DNA from: Monocercomonoides exilis PA203
Taxonomy: Eukaryota > Protista > Preaxostyla
NCBI GenBank assembly: GCA_001643675.2
Contig: LSRY02000036.1
Location: 682,001 to 746,000 of the forward strand
DNA: 64,000 nucleotides
Reading direction: 5' to 3'
Shown piece after piece: positions 44,469 through 64,000 of this stretch. The notes under the pieces were generated by a model. That model searched no databases and was not told the DNA's origin. It worked only from the letters and a program-made list of their open reading frames with translations. How positions within the stretch are numbered: the first letter of the stretch is position 1; each line of letters starts with the position of its first letter. A program made the position numbers and the translations under genes.

Positions 44469-46930
44469 GTCCAAAGGTGGATAAGCAATCGGATGAGACT
44501 TGAGTGATGATGCATACTGTGTGTTTGGTGTGGACTCTCTCACTGCCCATTCCTGTCGCATTCTCTTCTTCTCCTCCATCTGCTGCATCCTGTGCTGTGC
44601 CATGTGCCTTTCATGGCCTTTGAACTTCTTCACCAGCGCAAGGGGGGATAGAGAAGAGGAAGATACAGAGGCAGCTGGGTCGAATGAAGCACTCATCGCA
44701 GACGAAGAGGCAGATGTCAGCTCAGATTTTGTGTGGTGTGAAATCACATCCTGCCCTACTCTGTCTGTCAGCAGCCCTTCATACTGAAGTTTCCCTCCTC
44801 CTCCGCCTCCACTTCCTCCTCCTCCTCCTCCTCTGTCAGTGCTGCTTCCTCTTCTCCTTCCTTCTCCTCTCCTCCCACCCACACTGCTGGGCCCCTCGTC
44901 CTCCAGCAGCTCCTCCACAGGCACAGCCGGCGTGAGTGTGGCACTCCTTCCGAGTGTCGATGAGACAGAGCCAGAGGCAAACAGCTCCTTCGCATTCGCC
45001 TCCTCCAGCCGGCGCATCTGCTCGTCCCGTTCGAGATCGCGCCGCAGGGCAGATGTGGAGGCAGCGTCGAAGATGGAAGAGAGGCAGGTCTCGCTGCGGA
45101 TGGTAGCTAAGTCTGTTGTGCGGTGGATGAGCTCTTGGGAAAGGAGGACGATTTCGACGGTGCCGTCGTGCTCGCCAATGCAGAGGAGATGGTAGGAAGA
45201 GCGGAGAGAGGACACCTCGTTGGGAGGAGGCGCCTGGCGGAAGAGGGAAGGGAAGGGGGAAGGGAAGGAAGAAGAAGAAAGTGAAGGAGAAGAGGAGGAT
45301 GAGGACGATGGAGATGAGGAAGAAGATGTAGTTGAGGTGAAAGGCGATCTGGGTGTTGTGAGCGGAGGCGAATTTGATGTCTGTTTGGAAGCTGCTTTGC
45401 TGAGAGACGAGCGGCGGACAGTGCAGAGTGCTGTTGGTGTGGCTGTCAGGTTCTTCAGCTGCCCAATCGCTCTGAATGAAGGCATCTCATAGAACGTCAC
45501 ATGGCCTTCACTCGACCCCACTGCCACTATCTTCGTCTGGTTCTGAAAGTCGCCCTCTTCACTGCTGTCATCATCATCGTCATCATCATCGCTATCGCTG
45601 TCGTTGTTATTGCCATCACATGATTTGCCTGCAATCATGTTTCTCCCACGCTCTGTCGATGCTGCACCGCCAGCGCATCCAACTCTGTTCCTCTCATTCA
45701 TCTTCTCTTTCTCCTTCTCTTTCTCCTTCCTCTCTTGTTTTGCAATCTTCCGACTTCCCCTCATCCTTGGTGGAGTGATGCTCGGCAGCACGCACATGCA
45801 TGTCACCCACAGCGTCTGCCTCTTCTTCACAAAGCGCAGTGTCTTCTGCTTCTGATCAACAGAGAACTTTCTGAACTGCAGGCGCTGCATCCGCTTCATC
45901 ATGTACAGGTCAGAGTGTGTGAGGCGCCTGCCGCGATCGTCTGGGATACGCGCAAGCACATCGGAATATGAGGAGAATGAGACTAATTTTGTGGGCTCGG
46001 AGGTTTGCTCTGTTTTTTCTGCTGTCTTGTCGGATAATTGCAGATCGACTATGCGCCCATCCTCGCCTTTTCCTTCTGCTTGCTCGCTTAAAATGGCTTG
46101 CAGTTTGCTTTCATAACTACCATTTTTTGAAGATGACGCAGGAGACTTTTGTTCTGCAGATCCTAATTTCTTGAAATCTTCTTTACCAATCTCAGAAAAA
46201 AGTGCAATCGGTGCAAATTGATCTTCCTTCTTTAGTGCTTTCTCAACAAGCTCCTGCTCAGCTGTCTTTACGTCGAAAAGAGGATCGGAAACAACCACGT
46301 CTTGAAATTTCGCTGTAAGTGACGTGTGATCAGATGTCATATTTGGTGTAATAAAAGTAGAATCCCAGCTTTTCAATAAGCCATCATCCGCAGTCGAAAC
46401 AAATAAATTCATCTCAGGAAGAGGAAGAATGTACGTAATTGATTCAGAATGAAGCAAAGGAGATGCAGATGACGCAATATGGCTAGGTTCTGCTCTATAT
46501 AACGGATCTAATGCTGTCTGAACTCCCTTCGACTCATGAATATGTTCAATAAAATACGTGGAAAATGCGTCCCACGAAACTATCCGATAAATACGAAATA
46601 AAAATTTAAAACAAGATGATATTCAAACTCATTCCAATGCATTCTGCATCTATTTTTCTAAAGAGTAAGGTGCATTCATATGGACTTATAACATTCGGTT
46701 CAACAGAATCGAGAACAGCATTAACGAACTATTATTGGGTTGTGAAAATAGAAAATAAAATGTATAGTTTGTGAGTTGATCAAATCTCTACGAATTCAAA
46801 CCTGTTGTTCAGTTAATCCAGAAGTTTCATCATCGCCAGTTACAGAATAAAATCGCGACTGAAGAGATTTTATTTGCTTTTCTTGAAAGACACTATTTAA
46901 GTCGATGGACGGAAGTCGACGTTGGTTCAT
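37659..46930 (-). CDS. EF-hand + WD40-repeat protein (WDR49/WDR64/EFCAB8-like), ~3050 aa, heavily expanded with Ser-rich inserts; exons 46930-46802, 46728-46629, 46579-37659
   Basis: The spliced 5' exons give LLFRKIDAECIGMISWDAFSTYF, the EF-hand-like signature of this family. WD repeats: LITASYDSTVKF, GHRRGV..LATAGFDGRILLWN, GHSGAV..LSLDRTIRIWD, LATASTDGVVVLWN. Exon phases are consistent. Confidence 0.8.
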
Positions 46931-46996
46931 AAATTTGTTTTAAAGCTCTTTTAGAAAAGCTTTATTACAATCCAAAACGGGTCAAAATTTATTGTC

Positions 46997-47009
46997 ATGG
47001 TTATGATCA
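46997..47009. promoter_or_regulatory. Candidate core-promoter motif ATGGTTATGATCA in the divergent WD40/USP7 intergenic region
   Basis: The identical 13-mer occurs at 2762-2774 (mirrored in the other foldback arm). Related GGTT-N(0-4)-TGATC(A) words lie upstream of other starts (31628-31640, 25756-25768). Confidence 0.35.
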
Positions 47010-47169
47010 TTCTATAAAAAAAGCTCAAACAATATTGAATACGTGTTCATCAAATTCCCTTTGTGAAAGATATGTATTCAATGCAAATAAAGTATTTTTC
47101 ATAGAGAAATAAATCGTTTCAAAAATTAATAATAGATACTCGATCACACTTACTTTGTTTTTATCTTAT

Positions 47170-55908
<8,739 letters not shown>

Positions 55909-56165
55909 GTTTTTCTGTTTTTTTTTTATTTTTTTTGACGAAATTATCATTTTTTAAAAACTTTCATTTTGAAATTATTTTTATATTTGTGACTTGAAAT
56001 TTTTATTTTCATATTGAGAGAAAGCGATGTTTTGGGTTTTTTTGTGACACTTTGCTTCAATTTATGTTTTCAATTTTGTTAAAATGTTTGAATATGAATA
56101 CGTTTGATATTTTGTTAATTATTATTAAAAAATATTTATAGATCTCACCCTTAGTAACTATTTAA

Positions 56166-57407
56166 ATGTCCTCTGATTCAGTTCCCGTTCATATTGAGCT
56201 TGAAGAGGCAACTCATTCAATTGCCCTTGATTATTTTAGCAAAAAAGTGTTGCTGGGAACTTCTTCTGGAAAGGTAATGCTTCAAACGCTAAATGCAGAA
56301 AGCCGTCCAGAAAAAACTATTGAGATTTATGCTCATAGAAGCCCTGTATCTTCTCTTGATTGGGCTCATCCGTCATTTGGTGAGTTATTTGCAAGGTTTC
56401 TGAAAAATATTTTCCTTTGTTATTCTTCAATTTAAATTATTTCAAAAAACAGCTGCGATTTTGATGGAATTGTAAAAATCTGGGAACGTTCCCCAAGTGA
56501 TGATGAATTTAGATGCATTGATGAAAAGTCATTAGGATCATCGGGTTAGATTATTTTTGCATTTATTATTGTTTTATACTTGTTTTTTTATCATTTAAAG
56601 CAACTTCACTTCGTTTTTGCCCTTCAGAGTACGGATGCTCATTTGCTGTATCATCCTCAAACGGACGTATCACTATATTTACTAAATGTGTGTTCTTTTT
56701 TGTTTTGTGGAGTTTTTTTACATTTTCGTATAGCTCCAGATGGTCATTTCTCAAATGACACATCATTTGCAGCACATGAAGGAGGATGCAATTCACTCTC
56801 CTGGGCTCCATCCACTCCACCCACTTCACTTGTCCATCCAGGGTTTGATTTTTTGCTTATTATGTTTATTAACAAGAGAAAATACTCTTTTGTTCAAAAT
56901 TTTTCAGAATTCGAAATCCAAGTCCAATGCGAATCTGCACAGGAGGCAGCGATAGTCATGTGTGCATTTGGAGGTTTAATGGGCGTTTATGGGAATGTGA
57001 GTGCAAGCTTGATGGACACCGCGGGGCAGTGACCCATGTGGAATTTTGTCCATCAATCGGAATGCCAGGAATGAAACTTGTTTCATGCAGTGCTGACAAA
57101 TCGGTGATAATATGGACCTCATTTCAACAGACATTGCAACATTGGGAGAAACAGCCAATCGTTTTTGATGAAATTCCTCACAAGGTTTGAATATATTTTA
57201 AAAGTATTTTATCTTTTAGGAATTTTTTATTTCAATAATCAATTTTACTCATTTCAAATTTTTGCTTTGAACATTGTGCAGGCAACTTGGTCCGAAACAG
57301 GAGACATTATTGCTATTAGTAGAGGTCTTAATAAGGTAATTCTCATCAAAGAAGGCATCGATGGTGCTTGGTCTTTATTGAAAGAATTAGAACAAGAAGA
57401 AGCATAA
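56166..57407 (+). CDS. SEC13: SEC13 (COPII coat / nucleoporin WD40 protein), multi-exon
   Basis: Spliced motifs ALDYFSKK, HRSPVSSLDWAHPSFGELFASCDFDGIVKIW, FCPSEYG, AHEGGCNSLSWAP, RICTGGSD, LDGHRGAVTHVEFCPSIGMPG..SCSADKSVIIWT and WSETGDIIAIS match Sec13 in order. Confidence 0.9.
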
Positions 57408-57850
57408 CATTATCATTTTTGATTCATATCATTTCTTTTTCTTTAAAAACATTTCATAATTCGAATTTTGTATTTCTTTTTTTAAAGAGACACCTTAGCA
57501 ATAAGTGTGATAAAAATTTAAAGTTTGCAGTGTGCTTTTGGATCTCGGCATTTATAAATGAAAGCTATTTCTTCCTTTTCACAATTTTCAATCACTCCAA
57601 GTTTTCAAAAAACTCATCAGCTCCAACGTATTAGATTTTTTGATGCTTCATGGACTTTAAATCTGAATAGCAAAGTGGGAAAAAGCCTAAAAAAATTTTA
57701 AGCTTTGTCAATAGTGTCTCCAGAAAGCAAATAATAAAGAAAAAATGTGCATTTGTGTGCAATAAATTTCATATCATTTTTTAAATATATTCTGTCGATC
57801 GAAAAATAACCATAATCATGTGTCAAGACAATTAAGTTTTGTTTTTCTCT

Positions 57851-60800
57851 ATGCTCTCCTTTCTGCTTGCTTTTCAGTTAACTTTTTTAATACTATGCAA
57901 TAAATACAATTTGAGGGCATGCATCTATGCGGAAAAAATTGAAAATGAAACAAACATGAATCAATTTTTTCCAGAAATGTTTTCAGAAAATCCAGAACAA
58001 AACAGATTGTTGTCTTTATATCCAAAATATTGCATTCAAAAATGTAACTGTTTTACAAAGGAGAAATCTATTATTGGATATTCCTTTGAAACAGGGCGCA
58101 CTTTTGTGATGATGAAAAACTCTTCACTCAAAATGGAAAATTTGGAGATGCATACAACAACTTCATGTACCTTCATTTCGTGTTTGGGGTTATCTAATCT
58201 CTCCCTCAGTTCTTCGACAATTTTTTTGTCTGAACAACATTCCTCTTTCATTCAGTCACCATTTATTGTTGTTCTAAACAACATTTCTTTGATTCTTCCT
58301 TTAGACACATCAAAGCATTCATTAATTCTTGTTGACTGCACTGACGAAATATCTTCATGCTTTCTTATTGGTTCTTGTATTGATTCTCTTGTTCTTCAAA
58401 AATTATTATTCTTTGTGAATTCGACATCTGAAACTTTCTTAGACACCACATTTCAAAATACATCGACATTTCAAAATCTTGAAAAATCTTATTTTCCTTA
58501 TGAGCATGTAGCTGAACAGTTTGACGTTGATTCGTGCATGTTTCAAAATGTTCAGTTTTCAAGGATGGGATTACTTCATTCTATTTCTGCTAAACGTTTT
58601 TCCTCTTGTAATAATACATTCAGTCATACAAGTAATTTAGTGCTGCACGGTGCATATACGAATGATCACGAGAAATTTACCAAGCAGCAAGTTCTTGATG
58701 AGAAAAATTTACATGACTTTCAAAACGATGAATTCATCAATTGCTCTCCATCTTCTTCAATTGCCCATTTATCTTCAACATACGGAGGAGCAATTTATGC
58801 GGAATCAATGCCACTTTCAGAGTTGCGTGTTAAGAATTGCTCTTTTACTTCTTGCTCGTGCCCGCAACAGGGAGGAAGTATATTCGCATCATCTCTAAAA
58901 TCATTGATTGTCAATGGATCGACTTTTACCAACAGTACAGCAAATGCGGCAGTAAGTTATGCGGGGTCAATAATGGCATATGGATTATCATCCTTTTTTT
59001 TGATTTCTTGCTCCTTTGAAAATTCATATTCGGGAATTGGCGGAGGGATTGCTATTGTCAATTTTTCTGAAACTGCATCATTATCTGTATCAAACTCTGC
59101 GTTTGTGAATTGCAGCACCAATTCGGGACAAGGAGGTGGACTGTTTCTTTCACAAATCTTTAATCTTTCTCTTGTAAGCTGCTCAATTGCAAAGTGCAGC
59201 TCGGCACAAGGTGGAGGTTTTTCTTTCACCTCTAATGAAGTAAATCAACTTTCTTTGCATTATTCTGATCTATTTTTTATTGACAACAAACAATCCACGC
59301 TCGGTACAGATGTATTTCGAACTCTACATAGCAAGGATGCTGATAAAACTGGAACGTGTGAAATGTGCTTTACAACAGCAATGGAAAATTCTGTTTTTGT
59401 TGTGTATTTAACTCCATTTTCAGCTTTTTTTGATAACGATTGGCTTCACCCTACTAAAAACACGAGAGTCATATATTCAATGCCTGGCGAACAGACTAAT
59501 TCAACAATTCATCCGGATGAAATATGGAATTGTGGATATAAGACAATCAACCCCTGCAAAACAATCAAAACAGCATGGGAATGCTCACAGACTTCAAATG
59601 AATGGACTTTTGAACTGAACAACAGTGTATCTCAACCGCACAAAGGCGATACAAGCACTATCAAAATGTTCAATGCAAACGTTATATTGATGCCTTGCAA
59701 AGATTTGTCTAAGGCCGCGATTCAGACCAGTTATTTCAATAAAACGCCGGACTCAGATGAATACGCTCTGTTTTACGTGAATGGAATATTCAATATTCGA
59801 TTTATAGACATTGTTTTTATCCATTCTATCAATTATGATACGAGTGATTCACCCACTCTTTTGACGACACGAACATTGTCTGGCTTGACTGACAGTGTAC
59901 GTGCAGATGTGAGCTTTAAAGATTGCTCATTCACTTCTGAATCGCTCTCCTCAATGCATGCTCCTCTGTTTAATATCAATGGTGGAAATATAACTTTTAC
60001 TGATTCCTCTATTTATAGCGTGATTCTATCTAATTCTGTATTTTCCTTTTCTCTATATTCCGTCGTTGAATTACATAACACGAATTTTACAGATGTGAAA
60101 TTATCTTCTCTTGACTCGGCAAGTGTTATCAATACAAATGAAGCGATAACAGGATGCATTTCAAATAAGCTTTCCTCTCAAAGCAAAAATTATGGAATTA
60201 CGTTCAATGTTTTTAATTGTTCTTTGAAAAACTGTTCGTCAAACAAATCAAAGAGGGGTGGTGCATTTAACATCAAGTGTTCCGAGAGCCAATTGCATGA
60301 GAAGTATTTTTTCTCCAATGTGGTGTTTCAGAATTGTGAATGTGATGAAAAACAAGGCAAAGGAGGAGCTATATATCTTTTTCTTGACAAATTGGCTGAC
60401 GAAGATTATGTTTCTCTATCCGAATTGAGTTTTATTGACAATAAAGCTTTTCTTGGTAAAGCGCTGTTTATTGTATGTGATGACTTAATTAACCTTCCTG
60501 GTCTGAAATTTACAATGAGTGCAAGTACTTTTGGATCAGAGGTCGAAAATGTGTTTTATGGGAGTTCAGCAGATGATGGGGAATCAATTGATATGATTGA
60601 GAGCCTTATCTATCAAGATGACACTGTGTATGTCTCTGCAATTGAAGGGAAAGATTGGTTTCATTGTGGAACGAAGAGTGACCCTTGTCTTTCATTAGGT
60701 GAATGCCTTAATCGACATCTAAAGCAATTTGATAAAGTTAGTTCTAGGAAAATAGTGGGATTGCTGATTGCTACACTAAGTGGATGCGTGGACATGACAA

Positions 60801-63562
60801 ACACAGATCTATCAGTTGAAACTCCTCAGCAAAGCTCACAAGGAAGTATGATCATCAGCTATGACAGCGGGAAATCTTCAGGTTCTCCCTTTAATTATCT
60901 GATTGGTAACACTCAACACTTCAACATTCATGGCATTAGGATACAAATCTTTAATGTAACATCGAATTTATGCTCCTGTGTCTTTCTTTCTTCGACAACT
61001 CTTTTGTCTTCTCGAAGTTCCAGTTATGCTGCAAACGCTCAGCAGTCACCATTACTTGAATATGTTAATAATGTAATGACAATTGCTTCTTCTCAAGATT
61101 CCATTCCAGTGTTCTACGTGGAAGCAGGAATTCTATTAGTCTCAAATTCACAATTTACAAATGATGCGTCTACTTCAAGCATTATTGTTGCATCTTCGTC
61201 TGCTTCTTTGAATTTTGAGTTTACTACATTTATGATAAGAACAGTATCGACTGGCCCTATTATCAAAATTATTCCCCAGCGCAATGAAGTAATTGAGCCC
61301 ATTTCTATTGAAAGTAATTACGAATGCAATCAGACTCTATCTTATCAAAAAACATTATCTATGAGATTGAACTTGAACCAGCCTTGTCTAATCTTCGAAC
61401 ACATTATTTTAATTTTACGCCACTTCGAAAATAACGTTGAAGCATTTCTGAAGAATGAATGTCAAACACCTCTATCTCTTATTATGAACAACGTTCTATT
61501 ATCAAATATCTCATCAAAAGTTGAAAATGAGATGATTGTCTCTTTTACGCTTCATCCTTCTTCATTCTTTCTTGTATCGTCTTTGATTGTTTCTGAGCAA
61601 AGTTGGGTAAGCAGCTCAATGCACACCACACTCTTCGCACTTGACTGTTTGGAAGATGCTTCTAATTTTAAGTTTACTGACATTTACTTTACTCAGACAG
61701 ATGAATCCAATCTTTTGTCAACTGTTGAGCTTGTTCGTGTTAAAAGTTCCAAACTAAAACAAATCATCGATCCAACTAAATTCTGCTTTGATAAAACTAT
61801 TTCTCCGTTTATCTCAGAGAACAGCATTTGGGGTGTTGATAAAGTGAATGGTTCATCGTTTTCTCTAATGACCGATGAATGGGCTACTTCTAAACAATGG
61901 AATGTTGTTTATGCAGATAGCGTTCAGGGAAACGATAATTCAGATTGCGGGGAAACTGTTGCCCATCCATGCGCATCCATTGATACTGCAATGAGCCATC
62001 TTAGTGGAAAAGAAGAAGCAACTCTTGTAATTGTTAATAATATGACAATATCATCATCTGTTTCTTTGAGAACTGCAAAAATTAAAAATTCTGAACGAAT
62101 TGCAACAGTTACAATTAATATTCAATCCTTGTTGCCTTATGATGATTGTATTCGATGCACTTCAAATAATCACATCGCAAATGTTCGCTTTGTATTGGAT
62201 CGAATTCATTCGAATATCAAAAATGTATTTTCCATCTCCAGCTTCAGCGAATTTAACCAACAAATAAAAATTGATAATTCTTCGATTTCATCAAATAATT
62301 CTCCATTTGAGGAACTTACTCTTTTTTCCATTATGGGATATCTTACTGTTAGTAACACAGACATTTCATCCTTATCTATCAGTAGGCTATTTCATATTCA
62401 TTCGGTAAGGTCTTCGCACTTTGATGCAAAATCATTGAATATCAATTCGGTCTCAACAAAAGAAAGAGGAGGCATCCTTTATGTGGAGTCGAGTCAGAAC
62501 GAAGTCCAATTGCATTCAGTAGTTATTAACAACTGCCATGGCAAATACGGACAAGGAAGCCACATTTTCATTGCTGATTCTGTTGCAACGCTTGATAACT
62601 TAACTGTAACTAATCTTTCTGTTGATGGCCCTGGAAATGATGATATATGCACCTTCGGATTTGGTGCGATTGCTCTGTTTCAGTCTGTTTTAAAGCTTTC
62701 TTCTTCGACTATCCACAACAACAAAGTTCTTCCGTTTTATGTTGACAATTCCTTTGCAAGCTTGTATCTTGTATATTTATCTGGTAACGGGGATGTAAAT
62801 CCTTTGTATCCGTCATCACGAAAGAACATTTATTGCACAGGAGAAGCTAATCTCTCTCTTTATATGAAAGAAGGGGGAGATGATGCAACTGAAGAACGCC
62901 CGCTTTGGATGATGATTGATTCATGTTCTGTGGTCGGAAATATCTCAAAAGCTTTCTCTCCTTTTTTCATTCCTGAGCTTATAAATGTGACTTATGATGA
63001 ATCTGAAACCAATGATAACACTCCTCTTATGCTTGTAGGTAATCATCTGTTGCCCTGCAATTTGATAGCGAAAGTTGCAACGGATGTCTCTCAAACATCT
63101 GTCAAAACATATCCATTGTCTTTCTCATATAATGAGACCCACGGAGAGGTGCTAGTCCCTTCCACTTTGGTGACTGCAAGCAAAGGGCATAACCCAACGA
63201 TGACACTTTTGTATGGTATTGACAAAGCCGGATGGAAACAGGCAGAGACAGCGAAAAAGATTCCTATCGTTGGCAAACCAATTGAAACACCAGTTGAAGA
63301 TAAACCAAACTATAAGTGGGTCGCGCCTGTTGTAATTTCAGTGATTTTACTTGTGCTTATAACGTTTATAATAATTGTGGTATGTTTGGTCATCCGAAAT
63401 AGAAAGATGAGACAAAAAATAAAACAAACAGAAATGTTTGCCTCGCTTTTAAGTGAGAAAGACCTCACTTCAACAATTGTGAGAGTGAGTGAATATCAAA
63501 TCCCAAACAAATTGACTATTCCTGAAGATACACAAATGCCATTTTATGAAGACGATGATTGA
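57851..63562 (+). CDS. Intronless type-I membrane protein (~1900 aa) of the same Cys-rich Pmp/beta-helix-like family, with a short cytoplasmic tail and no kinase-like domain
   Basis: First ATG at 57851 (the track ORF starts at TTG 57839). Signal peptide, YGGAIY/QGGSIF/GGGI motifs and three CG....PC modules. Juxtamembrane YPSSRKNIYC, GGDD, SPFFIPEL and GNHLLPCNL are shared with genes A/B. TM WVAPVVISVILLVLITFIIIVVCLVI. Confidence 0.88.
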   Translation: MLSFLLAFQLTFLILCNKYNLRACIYAEKIENETNMNQFFPEMFSENPEQNRLLSLYPKYCIQKCNCFTKEKSIIGYSFETGRTFVMMKNSSLKMENLEMHTTTSCTFISCLGLSNLSLSSSTIFLSEQHSSFIQSPFIVVLNNISLILPLDTSKHSLILVDCTDEISSCFLIGSCIDSLVLQKLLFFVNSTSETFLDTTFQNTSTFQNLEKSYFPYEHVAEQFDVDSCMFQNVQFSRMGLLHSISAKRFSSCNNTFSHTSNLVLHGAYTNDHEKFTKQQVLDEKNLHDFQNDEFINCSPSSSIAHLSSTYGGAIYAESMPLSELRVKNCSFTSCSCPQQGGSIFASSLKSLIVNGSTFTNSTANAAVSYAGSIMAYGLSSFFLISCSFENSYSGIGGGIAIVNFSETASLSVSNSAFVNCSTNSGQGGGLFLSQIFNLSLVSCSIAKCSSAQGGGFSFTSNEVNQLSLHYSDLFFIDNKQSTLGTDVFRTLHSKDADKTGTCEMCFTTAMENSVFVVYLTPFSAFFDNDWLHPTKNTRVIYSMPGEQTNSTIHPDEIWNCGYKTINPCKTIKTAWECSQTSNEWTFELNNSVSQPHKGDTSTIKMFNANVILMPCKDLSKAAIQTSYFNKTPDSDEYALFYVNGIFNIRFIDIVFIHSINYDTSDSPTLLTTRTLSGLTDSVRADVSFKDCSFTSESLSSMHAPLFNINGGNITFTDSSIYSVILSNSVFSFSLYSVVELHNTNFTDVKLSSLDSASVINTNEAITGCISNKLSSQSKNYGITFNVFNCSLKNCSSNKSKRGGAFNIKCSESQLHEKYFFSNVVFQNCECDEKQGKGGAIYLFLDKLADEDYVSLSELSFIDNKAFLGKALFIVCDDLINLPGLKFTMSASTFGSEVENVFYGSSADDGESIDMIESLIYQDDTVYVSAIEGKDWFHCGTKSDPCLSLGECLNRHLKQFDKVSSRKIVGLLIATLSGCVDMTNTDLSVETPQQSSQGSMIISYDSGKSSGSPFNYLIGNTQHFNIHGIRIQIFNVTSNLCSCVFLSSTTLLSSRSSSYAANAQQSPLLEYVNNVMTIASSQDSIPVFYVEAGILLVSNSQFTNDASTSSIIVASSSASLNFEFTTFMIRTVSTGPIIKIIPQRNEVIEPISIESNYECNQTLSYQKTLSMRLNLNQPCLIFEHIILILRHFENNVEAFLKNECQTPLSLIMNNVLLSNISSKVENEMIVSFTLHPSSFFLVSSLIVSEQSWVSSSMHTTLFALDCLEDASNFKFTDIYFTQTDESNLLSTVELVRVKSSKLKQIIDPTKFCFDKTISPFISENSIWGVDKVNGSSFSLMTDEWATSKQWNVVYADSVQGNDNSDCGETVAHPCASIDTAMSHLSGKEEATLVIVNNMTISSSVSLRTAKIKNSERIATVTINIQSLLPYDDCIRCTSNNHIANVRFVLDRIHSNIKNVFSISSFSEFNQQIKIDNSSISSNNSPFEELTLFSIMGYLTVSNTDISSLSISRLFHIHSVRSSHFDAKSLNINSVSTKERGGILYVESSQNEVQLHSVVINNCHGKYGQGSHIFIADSVATLDNLTVTNLSVDGPGNDDICTFGFGAIALFQSVLKLSSSTIHNNKVLPFYVDNSFASLYLVYLSGNGDVNPLYPSSRKNIYCTGEANLSLYMKEGGDDATEERPLWMMIDSCSVVGNISKAFSPFFIPELINVTYDESETNDNTPLMLVGNHLLPCNLIAKVATDVSQTSVKTYPLSFSYNETHGEVLVPSTLVTASKGHNPTMTLLYGIDKAGWKQAETAKKIPIVGKPIETPVEDKPNYKWVAPVVISVILLVLITFIIIVVCLVIRNRKMRQKIKQTEMFASLLSEKDLTSTIVRVSEYQIPNKLTIPEDTQMPFYEDDD

Positions 63563-64000
63563 GCAATAATTTATATATCCTTAAATATTCGTGCAACTGT
63601 TATTTGCAAGAACGTCAACTATATAAACAGCTTTGAGATAATATCAGAAACATTAGCAATTGTATTTTGAAACATGTGTTTATGTGTTTTATTTTTTCAT
63701 TAAATATTTGTATTTACGTTCACAAATGCTTTTCGGAGATTTCAAAGAAGCAATTGCATCCATTAATGAGGATTATTGCATCTCACTGTGAATCATAAAG
63801 AAATGTATTTTTCATGTTCTCTTTATTTTTTTCTTATTTTTTTGAGTTATTGAGCCTATAGCGCAATTGTTTTTACGTGTTAGTACATCAAATCAAAGAA
63901 TTTTTCATTGCATTTCGGCTCATTAAATTCTTTTGATGGTTTGTGAGAAGGATTAATTTTTTTTTATTAGCTAACAATCAAATTTCGTGTTCTTATTAAC

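Overview
AT-rich eukaryotic protist DNA with short GT-AG introns (donors mostly GTTTGA), the standard genetic code and long Ser/Glu low-complexity insertions. The gene families present suggest an oxymonad such as Monocercomonoides; this is recognition from memory, not a database check. The window has two parts. (1) About 1-29.8 kb is an accessory region. It is dominated by two ~3000-aa intronless membrane receptor-like genes (6056-15082 + and 16594-25707 -) arranged tail to tail. They form a palindrome with ~8-kb near-identical arms (7519-15507 / 16169-24157) around a 661-bp spacer. The two proteins share an identical ~2520-aa body (Cys-rich beta-helix-like modules, TM helix, pseudokinase-like tail) but have different, homologous N-terminal heads, and the switch falls at a module boundary. 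This part also holds a pseudogene of the same family, a 484-bp-arm foldback, a decayed repeat-family gene, a decayed pogo/Fot1-type DD35D transposase and a ~65-nt poly(A). (2) About 30-57.5 kb holds housekeeping genes: an ER-type FKBP with an 11-nt microexon, TTC27/Emw1, an intronless cathepsin B-like protease, an EF-hand/WD40 protein, USP7 and SEC13. A kinase-less member of the receptor family follows (57851-63562). The best candidate for an undescribed system is the palindromic variable-head/constant-body receptor pair.
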